IMG/VR virus record: IMGVR_UViG_3300045988_104021
Span: 1-62,869 of that record
Strand: one strand, 5' to 3'
Source: a virus
Length of the DNA: 62,869 nt
Shown here: positions 53,225 through 59,783 of the stretch, piece after piece
Numbering within the stretch: position 1 is the first letter of the stretch
Layout of the letters: every line of letters begins with the position of its first letter
Translations under genes and position numbers: made by a program
The notes under the pieces: generated by a model
Database searches by the model: none
What the model was told of the DNA's origin: nothing
Seen by the model: only the letters and a program-made list of their open reading frames with translations

Positions 53225-53989
53225 ATGTCAGTTTTATGTGGATGGGCGAGCATTGATGAACGAGGAAAAGGCTCCGGCGGTAAGGCAGGAGATCAGACAG
53301 GGAAAGAAGTCAAAACCGGTCCATGGTATGACTTTGGACAAACTACCGTTCTTCGTTGGAAAGATGAAGCCAAAGCGAAAAAGTATGCGAAAGCCATCAA
53401 GGCTCTTTGCAAAAATAAACATATCGGCTATGACAAGTCAGAACGCACCAGCTTATACAGTGCATTGAAAAAGTTAGGATGGGATTATACCAAACTGACA
53501 AAAGATGTAGAGTGCGATTGCTCCGAACTCGTAGCCTGTGCCGTGAACTGTGTTCTTGGCAAAGCGGCTATTTCTTCATCGGTTTATACCGGAAACCTCA
53601 ACAATGCCCTCGTAAACTCCGGTTATTTCAAAAAATTAACCGGCTCCAAATATTGCGATTCCAGTAACTACCTTGCCATTGGTGATGTAATCAACGCACC
53701 GGGGCATCATGTAATCAGTTGCCTTGAAAATGGCCCGAAGGTAGGAAAGAAATCTGATACATCAAAGGTAGCCGAGCCTACTTTGAAAAAAGGCAGCACA
53801 GGATCAGAAGTTAAGAAGTTGCAGAGCAACCTCAATAAGGTCCTTGGCGGTGATAATATTGAGACAGATGGTATCTTTGGTACCGATACCAGGGATTCCG
53901 TGAAGAGATTCCAGAAGAAATACGGCTTGTCCGTAGATGGTGTCTATGGTCCAAAATCAGCAGCCAAAATGAAGTCACTTATCAAATAA
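53225..53989 (+). CDS. endolysin: Cys/His hydrolase-like N-domain plus PG_binding_1 C-domain
   Basis: CDCSELVACAV...APGHHV. C-terminal LKKGSTGSEVKKLQSNLNKVLG...DGIFGTDTRDSVKRFQKKYGLSVDGVYGPKS. Confidence 0.7.
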   Translation: MSVLCGWASIDERGKGSGGKAGDQTGKEVKTGPWYDFGQTTVLRWKDEAKAKKYAKAIKALCKNKHIGYDKSERTSLYSALKKLGWDYTKLTKDVECDCSELVACAVNCVLGKAAISSSVYTGNLNNALVNSGYFKKLTGSKYCDSSNYLAIGDVINAPGHHVISCLENGPKVGKKSDTSKVAEPTLKKGSTGSEVKKLQSNLNKVLGGDNIETDGIFGTDTRDSVKRFQKKYGLSVDGVYGPKSAAKMKSLIK

Positions 53990-54016
53990 GGCGGTCATGG
54001 AGATTTCTCCTTGATA

Positions 54017-54056
54017 TAAAAAAAGAACCCCGGCATAATAACCAGGGTTCTTTTTT
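54017..54056. terminator. bidirectional intrinsic terminator
   Basis: A-run, agaaccc (54024-30) / gggttct (54045-51), then a T-run. Confidence 0.75.
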
Positions 54057-54068
54057 ATATCAAATCTG

Positions 54069-54461
54069 CTACTGCTCGAAAAGAGAATCATCGGTTATAT
54101 CCCAAATATCATCATCCTTGTGCCGCTGGTAGAAATCAAAGGCCTGTTTACTTTCAACCTCTGCTTCGATGCGGCAAGTGCCGTCCTCATCAATGAATTG
54201 TATGTAGACAGCATTTCCCTCAATATCGACCATGGTAAGCATTCCATCTATCATGTCATATCGAGCAGGAACGCAAAACTGCATGACCTCATATTCCGTG
54301 CATTTTAAGATGTCCGCTATTGACTTGATTCTATGATACTGGTGCGGAGTATTCTTCTGGTGGTCCCAATCCTCAAGCGTCCGGATAGGGATATTCGTTG
54401 CCCTGTGCAATTTTGCTATGGATAAGCCTGCTTTCTTTCTAAGGTTTCTGATATTATTCAT
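54069..54461 (-). CDS. XRE-type HTH protein with an acidic C-domain (Aca-like regulator candidate)
   Basis: MNNIRNLRKKAGLSIAKLHRATNIPIRTLEDWDHQKNTP. Last gene of reverse island 2. Confidence 0.65.
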   Translation of the reverse strand: MNNIRNLRKKAGLSIAKLHRATNIPIRTLEDWDHQKNTPHQYHRIKSIADILKCTEYEVMQFCVPARYDMIDGMLTMVDIEGNAVYIQFIDEDGTCRIEAEVESKQAFDFYQRHKDDDIWDITDDSLFEQ

Positions 54462-54636
54462 ATCTACCAATCCTTTCACTATTTGCTATGACAAACAAAA
54501 CTAGCCACGCTCCACTGACGATTGCCAAAACAATCTGCCATGGCTGGATAGAGAAATCTGAATCCAGCGTAAAGGAAATGAACATAAGTAATGCGGCCAT
54601 TATGTAGGTTACCAATAAAACTATCTTTTTCCTCAT
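54454..54636 (-). CDS. small two-TM membrane protein
   Basis: MRKKIVLLVTYIMAALLMFISF...IVLAIVSGAWLVLFVIA. An alternative upstream start exists at 54687. Confidence 0.5.
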   Translation of the reverse strand: MRKKIVLLVTYIMAALLMFISFTLDSDFSIQPWQIVLAIVSGAWLVLFVIANSERIGRYE

Positions 54637-54687
54637 TCTTTCCACCTTTCCTTTCTCGCCGTATTGCCGATACGTCAGCATTTTCAT

Positions 54688-54807
54688 TTAGTGGTTTCTT
54701 TCCTTTGCTATTCGTTCGGCGGTCGCTTTCGTGCCGTCTCCGATAAGACCATCTTCTGTTTGATAATACCATCCGTAGATGTATTCGTTATCGATATATA
54801 CTATCAT
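54688..54807 (-). CDS. small hypothetical protein (39 aa)
   Basis: MIVYIDNEYIYGWYYQTEDGLIGDG.... RBS GAGGAGG. Confidence 0.4.
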   Translation of the reverse strand: MIVYIDNEYIYGWYYQTEDGLIGDGTKATAERIAKERNH

Positions 54808-54808
54808 T

Positions 54809-54979
54809 TTATACCTCCTCAACTATGTAGACTATTTTGCTACCTTTTCGGTAATAAAATAATCCCTCATTGTGAAAACCTTTTGTTATTGTTTTCACGT
54901 CATCTTTGCTATACTCACCATCTAAATCTTCCCATCTATCTTCTTTAGGATTGTATTTTTCTATTCTGTATTTTTTCAT
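54809..54979 (-). CDS. small hypothetical protein (56 aa)
   Basis: MKKYRIEKYNPKEDRWEDLDGEY.... RBS GTGAGGA. Confidence 0.45.
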   Translation of the reverse strand: MKKYRIEKYNPKEDRWEDLDGEYSKDDVKTITKGFHNEGLFYYRKGSKIVYIVEEV

Positions 54980-54989
54980 AATATCCTCA

Positions 54990-55023
54990 CTTTCTCGCCG
55001 TTTTGCCGATACGTCAGCATTTT
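54990..55023 (-). repeat. 34-nt intercistronic repeat (second copy at 54651-54684)
   Basis: ctttctcgccgt(t/a)ttgccgatacgtcagcatttt, 33 of 34 identical. Confidence 0.85.
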
Positions 55024-55028
55024 ATAAC

Positions 55029-55292
55029 TTAAACAAATAAGCGAATCCCTTCATTTAATTTGGAAATATCAATTTCATTACATTCTCTGTTAAGACATCG
55101 TTGCACAGATTTTTCTTTCCTTTTTTGGAATTTTTCAATCTGTTCTTCTGTCATGCTTTTCATCATGATCTCATCTCTAACATCAAATTTCACTTCCCAA
55201 TTCAATTTGATATTCCCTGCGTATACCTCAATGGTATAGTTTTTGAATTTTTCATCTGCCTTAATTTCTTCAATCTTTTCTCCTATTGTCAT
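55029..55292 (-). CDS. small hypothetical protein (87 aa)
   Basis: MTIGEKIEEIKADEKFKNYTIEVYAGNIKLNWEV.... RBS AGGTGA. Confidence 0.5.
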   Translation of the reverse strand: MTIGEKIEEIKADEKFKNYTIEVYAGNIKLNWEVKFDVRDEIMMKSMTEEQIEKFQKRKEKSVQRCLNRECNEIDISKLNEGIRLFV

Positions 55293-55347
55293 AACAATCA
55301 CCTGTCCTTCCTTGTTTCTGTATCATTTCTGTGTTCCTTATGCATGT

Positions 55348-55403
55348 AGACTACCACGTTATGACGTGGAAGTCAATACTTGAAATGTAAATAATTTGTA
55401 AAC
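55348..55403 (-). promoter_or_regulatory. promoter of reverse island 2 with the same dyad-operator architecture as 26938-26993
   Basis: On the minus strand: TTGACT (55376-71), 17-nt spacer with CCACGT-cata-ACGTGG, TAGTCT (55353-48). TGTAAAT and TGTAAAC at 55386 and 55397. Confidence 0.55.
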
Positions 55404-55432
55404 AACTAGATTCATAATATCCTAGTTTCCTC

Positions 55433-55636
55433 TACTATATAGGCATAGTTCTATGCAGGTACTATGTACCCTTAATTTAAGCGGATTCGGTGTGGGACAC
55501 TCTATGATAGTAAATATATATAGGCTGGTTATAGCACTCTATCAATATCCCTTTATACTATGCGTTATGTATACAGGTACTACGTACCCTCTAATATAAG
55601 CGGATTTTAGATGGGACACCTAATATATGTAAATAA
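55433..55636. repeat. two copies of a roughly 50-80-nt element in the divergent switch region
   Basis: Cores at 55455-55500 and 55574-55619: caggtacta(t/c)gtaccct.taat.taagcggatt....tgggacac. Each contains the dyad GGTAC-n3-GTACC and ends in gtaaata. Confidence 0.8.
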
Positions 55637-55665
55637 CAGAGGGAAAGAGAATGTTAAATTTCTAC

Positions 55666-55694
55666 TTGACAAAAAAGACAGAAAATTGTAGTAT
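55666..55694 (+). promoter_or_regulatory. promoter of the rightward early (methylase) operon
   Basis: TTGACA (55666-71), 17-nt spacer, TAGTAT (55689-94). The leader has ACAGAAAC twice. Confidence 0.55.
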
Positions 55695-55734
55695 AGTATA
55701 CAGAAACAATACAGAAACGAAAAGAGGTGATACC

Positions 55735-55938
55735 ATGGGACCTAGATTTGATGAAACACAAAGAGGTAGAAAATTCTATGATAGCCAGCTGCCAAAACTG
55801 ATTAAGGCTATCGAAGAAAACACGGCTGAATTAAAACGTGCCAATGACATCAAAGAAAAAGAACTGGCAAGTAAAGGGGCAGACACATATGAAAAAGTCA
55901 GAACCGGAGCGGACCTTTTACAAGACGGCAGGAATTGA
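55735..55938 (+). CDS. small hypothetical protein (67 aa)
   Basis: ATG follows AGAGGTGA. MGPRFDETQRGRKFYDSQLPKLIKAIEENTAELK. Confidence 0.5.
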   Translation: MGPRFDETQRGRKFYDSQLPKLIKAIEENTAELKRANDIKEKELASKGADTYEKVRTGADLLQDGRN

Positions 55939-56170
55939 GAAGTTGTATCAGAGCCACAGGACGGAGATTCGGAACGCTGTTAAGAGGTTCCTATCCGGAG
56001 ACTTCGGAAGTGGCTCACAGGTTCCGAAGAATGATCTCATAAAGCACTTTGGAAGTTATGAGTTATCATTCGGAACTGTATGGATCATAAGTTATCATTT
56101 GTTCAGGAGCAGGGACTTCATAACCTTGCTACTACCTGAAGAATATGAAGAAAGGAGTGAACGGACATGA
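55889..56170 (+). CDS. small protein of the GDFG...LLPEEY family (paralogue of 25466..25759)
   Basis: KRFLSGDFGSGSQVPKNDL...FITLLLPEEY. Confidence 0.5.
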   Translation: MKKSEPERTFYKTAGIEKLYQSHRTEIRNAVKRFLSGDFGSGSQVPKNDLIKHFGSYELSFGTVWIISYHLFRSRDFITLLLPEEYEERSERT

Positions 56171-56454
56171 TGTATACAGAGAAAGACTTAAAAAATCAGG
56201 AGCGTTTAAGAAGAGAGATTGCGGAAGATAGAAAAAAGAAAAAGAACAATAATACAAAGTATAGAGTTGCTTGGTGGCTTTCCTTACTAGGCTATATCTG
56301 TATTGGATGGTTGATTTGGGACGTATGGCATCTGGAAGAGTATTTGTTTATTCCATGGCGTGTAAACTTTGGAATTTTCAAACTTTTCGCAGCAATCATT
56401 ACATTGGCAATTGCCAGCAACATTCTTAACGATGAAAAAGAAAATGAAAAATAA
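56167..56454 (+). CDS. small membrane protein
   Basis: Two TM segments: VAWWLSLLGYICIGWLIW and IFKLFAAIITLAIASNI. Confidence 0.5.
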   Translation: MMYTEKDLKNQERLRREIAEDRKKKKNNNTKYRVAWWLSLLGYICIGWLIWDVWHLEEYLFIPWRVNFGIFKLFAAIITLAIASNILNDEKENEK

Positions 56455-56544
56455 CTAAACACTCATGCCTATTTCAATCGGCGTTACGGTTTAGTTGTGG
56501 ATAATTGATTTTGCAACCAAGAATATATAGAAAGGCAGAAGTTT

Positions 56545-57084
56545 ATGGAAAAACAATTTAAGATGGGTTCGCTCTTTGATGGGTTGTACTCAATTACCAA
56601 TGACGGACGTTTATATAGCAATAGAAGAAATAAGTTTTTGCGTCCATCGACAGATAAATACGGCTATCTATATTATGTGATAAGTATTGATGGGGTAAGA
56701 AAAACACTAAAAGCACATAGGCTTGTTGCACAAGCATTTATTCCGAATCCGTACAACAAGCCTACTGTAAACCATAAAAACGGAATACGAGATGATAACA
56801 GGGTTGAAAATCTTGAATGGGCGACTTATAAAGAGCAGCAAGAAAATGAAGTTACAAAAGAACGTGCAAAAAAGGTTCACGAAAAAACAGATTATAGGAG
56901 CATGGGAGCAAAACGGAATTTTGGAAGAAAAAAAACAGCCGTATATAAAGATGGTGTACTCATAGGAAAGTATGAAACATTATTGGAAGCGGCTAGGCAA
57001 AATAATACGAATTACTCAAAGGCATCTGAATGTGCTAATGGTAATCGAAAAAAAGCAGGAGGGTTAGTATTTTGTTTCGAATAG
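56545..57084 (+). CDS. HNH_3/NUMOD4-type homing endonuclease
   Basis: YSITNDGRLYSNRRNKFL...YLYYVISIDGVRKTLKAHRLVAQAF...VNHKNGIRDDNRVENLEWAT. Confidence 0.8.
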   Translation: MEKQFKMGSLFDGLYSITNDGRLYSNRRNKFLRPSTDKYGYLYYVISIDGVRKTLKAHRLVAQAFIPNPYNKPTVNHKNGIRDDNRVENLEWATYKEQQENEVTKERAKKVHEKTDYRSMGAKRNFGRKKTAVYKDGVLIGKYETLLEAARQNNTNYSKASECANGNRKKAGGLVFCFE

Positions 57085-59336
57085 GAAGTTTATTTTCAGG
57101 ATCAGGCGGTTTTGAATTAGCCGCCACACTTTGCGGAATGGAGCCAATATGGGCTTCTGAAATCGAACCCTTCCCCATCCGAGTAACCACGAAACGATTT
57201 CCCCACATGAGACACTACGGAGATATATCCTCAATAGCCGGCTCGGAACTTGAGCCGGTAGACCTCATAACAGGCGGTTCACCATGCCAAGATATGTCAG
57301 TCGCAGGAAAACGAAAAGGAATGAGCAAAGAGTGTCCGAAATGCGGTTACAAATCGGTAGCCAATGAAGATGCGGACATTTGCCCGGAATGTGGTTCTGA
57401 AATGCAATATACACGCTCCGGGTTATTCATGGAACAAATACGAGTAATCAAAGAAATGAGGGAAGCAGATGAAAGAAATGGAAGGTCAGATCAGTTTATT
57501 CGACCTCGATTCATGCTCTGGGAAAATGTTGTCGGAGCATTCTCCAGCAACAAAGGAGAAGATTTTCGAGCCGTACTTGAAGAAACAGCGAAAGTCAAAG
57601 ACAAGACCGCCACTATTCCTAGACCTCCGAAAGGAAAATGGAATACAGAGGGATGCATCGTGGGTGATGGGTGGAGCATTGCCTGGAGAGTTCTCGATGC
57701 TCAATTTTGGGGAGTCCCCCAAAGACGCAGACGAATCGCTCTTGTCGCAGATTTTGCAGGACAATGTGCCGGAGAAATATTATTTAAGCGAGAAGGCTTG
57801 TCAAGGAATTTTACGGAGAGCCGAAAAGAGGGGCAAGCAGCTTCCGGAGATATTGCGAAAGGCACTGATGCATCAGGCGAACATGGTATCGTAAGCAAGC
57901 ATACATTTAGAAAAACAGCACATCCACGGAACAGTGAGGAAGGACAAGGATGGGAGCATACAGACGTAAATGATACGCTCAATGTTTTTGACAATGGAGA
58001 AGTAAGAACACCTACATTGGTATGTGAAAAAGACACGGAAGTCAAACATTGCATAGGGTTTGAACCGGGAGCAGCAACACGAACCGGGGGACATACATAC
58101 GATAACCAAACTGGATCATTAAGAGCGAACATGGGAGATAATCAGTTTTGCGTGGCGAAAGAAGAACAATATGCCGTTGATTTTGGCAGAGTTGCTGACA
58201 GAATACAGATGAACGCAACAAAGGCGGTAACACTACAAGGATTAGGCGGTGGTTCAGGTGCAAAGACAGGATTGTATTGTCTGCCAAAAGATGCACCACC
58301 GATAGGGATAAACGGTACAGTAGCAGGAACGCTTGACAGCAACTGTTACAAAGGACAGGGAGAAAGAAACGGTGTCGAAAGAGAATGTGTAGCCGTTCCT
58401 GTCACCATGCAAGTACGATGTGGAAATCCGAACGGTGGCGGTAAAGGTGCATTGCTGCAGATAAACAAATCAGCAACATTGAGTTGTGGTGTTCCACAGA
58501 CGCTATTTGATCCGCAAAAGAAAGTTTATGGAATATGCTCTTATGGCTCAAACTCAATGAAATCCGATAATCCACATAGCGGAATATACGAAGCTGACAC
58601 GGCAAGAACATTAGACCTCAATGGTGGTAATCCTGCTTGCAATCAAGGCGGTATATGCGTTGTGGAAGGTAACGCACCTGTTTATACAATAGATGAAAAA
58701 ATGGGAAATACATATATATGGAAGGAGCAGGGAAATACGCTTGCAAGTAGAGATTATAAGCAACCACAGGCGGTATGCGTTGTGGAAGGTAACGGCTCTC
58801 GTCCGTCACATCGTGGAGATGGATATAAGGAATCAGAAACCATGTACACGCTGAATACGACAGAGCAACACGCAGTAGCTTACGATTGCAGAAACAATGT
58901 TCCAATAGAAGAAAAGAGCGGTACATTACAGGCTAAGTCGAATGGTGGTCAGTCATTGAATTATATCAATCCGGTAGCACAACGATGCGGATTTGAACAG
59001 AAAGCATTTGGAAAATATGATGAATCAGGAAAAGCAAGCTGTCTAAAAAGCAGAGATTACAAAGATGCTACTGATTTGATAGTTGAACCATCCTACATAG
59101 TAAGACGGCTGACACCGATTGAATGTGCAAGATTGCAAGGCTTCCCAGACTGGTGGCTGGATGGTCTTGAAACAGAAGAACCGACAGGGCATGATATAGC
59201 CTTTTGGCGAGAAGTCTTTGAAATCCATAGAAAAGTAGTCACAGGAGCAAAGAAACCAAAGACGGACAAGCAGATCATAAAATGGTTGCAGAATCCGTAC
59301 TCCGATGGTGCAGCATATAAGTTATGGGGAAACTGA
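57072..59336 (+). CDS. dcm: DNA (cytosine-5) methyltransferase with a zinc-ribbon insert and a roughly 470-aa variable region; ends at an in-frame TGA inside motif X
   Basis: Motif I SLFSGSGGFELA, IV GGSPCQDMS, VI LWENVVG, VIII QFWGVPQRRRRIAL, IX RRLTPIECARLQGFP, X ...KLWGN then TGA. The frame continues IALPCFLYVVEGIKEVL to 59408. Confidence 0.85.
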   Translation: MFRIGSLFSGSGGFELAATLCGMEPIWASEIEPFPIRVTTKRFPHMRHYGDISSIAGSELEPVDLITGGSPCQDMSVAGKRKGMSKECPKCGYKSVANEDADICPECGSEMQYTRSGLFMEQIRVIKEMREADERNGRSDQFIRPRFMLWENVVGAFSSNKGEDFRAVLEETAKVKDKTATIPRPPKGKWNTEGCIVGDGWSIAWRVLDAQFWGVPQRRRRIALVADFAGQCAGEILFKREGLSRNFTESRKEGQAASGDIAKGTDASGEHGIVSKHTFRKTAHPRNSEEGQGWEHTDVNDTLNVFDNGEVRTPTLVCEKDTEVKHCIGFEPGAATRTGGHTYDNQTGSLRANMGDNQFCVAKEEQYAVDFGRVADRIQMNATKAVTLQGLGGGSGAKTGLYCLPKDAPPIGINGTVAGTLDSNCYKGQGERNGVERECVAVPVTMQVRCGNPNGGGKGALLQINKSATLSCGVPQTLFDPQKKVYGICSYGSNSMKSDNPHSGIYEADTARTLDLNGGNPACNQGGICVVEGNAPVYTIDEKMGNTYIWKEQGNTLASRDYKQPQAVCVVEGNGSRPSHRGDGYKESETMYTLNTTEQHAVAYDCRNNVPIEEKSGTLQAKSNGGQSLNYINPVAQRCGFEQKAFGKYDESGKASCLKSRDYKDATDLIVEPSYIVRRLTPIECARLQGFPDWWLDGLETEEPTGHDIAFWREVFEIHRKVVTGAKKPKTDKQIIKWLQNPYSDGAAYKLWGN

Positions 59337-59412
59337 ATCGCCCTACCTTGTTTTCTCTACGTGGTAGAGGGAATAAAGGAAGTCCTCGATAGAACCTCAA
59401 ACGAATAACCAC

Positions 59413-59437
59413 AAAAAAATGACACCGAAACGGTGCC
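59413..59437 (-). terminator. intrinsic terminator of the reverse gene 59441..59728
   Basis: Minus strand ggcaccg-ttt-cggtgtc followed by a T-run. Confidence 0.6.
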
Positions 59438-59440
59438 ACC

Positions 59441-59728
59441 TCAATGAACGATATGAACATTTCCATTATCAAAGATTTGGATTGACTGATAACTATTTAT
59501 GAATGAAAGAGCAGCATCCCCGGTGAGCGGTTCGCCTTTTGCCATTGCGTTCCGACCTTTTCGGAATGCTTCATGATCGAGAATCAGGCAGAAGAAATGA
59601 CATTCTGAATCGTATTCCTCATACCTGAAGTCTGGGCCGTACTTTTCCTTGAAGTATTTAATTGCTTCATGGTGAGAAGAAAATGCCGGGATGTTCGCTT
59701 CATCCTCACGAGATATCGGTTTAACCAT
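59441..59728 (-). CDS. hypothetical protein (95 aa), reverse-oriented between the two methylase genes
   Basis: ORF with RBS AAGGTGG and its own terminator. Confidence 0.5.
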   Translation of the reverse strand: MVKPISREDEANIPAFSSHHEAIKYFKEKYGPDFRYEEYDSECHFFCLILDHEAFRKGRNAMAKGEPLTGDAALSFINSYQSIQIFDNGNVHIVH

Positions 59729-59783
59729 TCAAAAATAACCACCTTGTAACTTTTAACAAAGCATAACACAGAAAGGACGAGAT

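Noticed and set aside
55433-55636. A mini CRISPR array.
   Set aside because: Only two repeat copies are present. The units are about 46-80 nt and about 119 nt apart. The flanks are also similar, and there are no cas genes.
55838-55888. The upstream start (55838) for the GDFG...LLPEEY gene, and start 55651 for the first gene of the rightward operon.
   Set aside because: Both would begin upstream of or inside the promoter or the preceding gene. ATG 55889 and ATG 55735 follow good RBSs and match the paralogue length.
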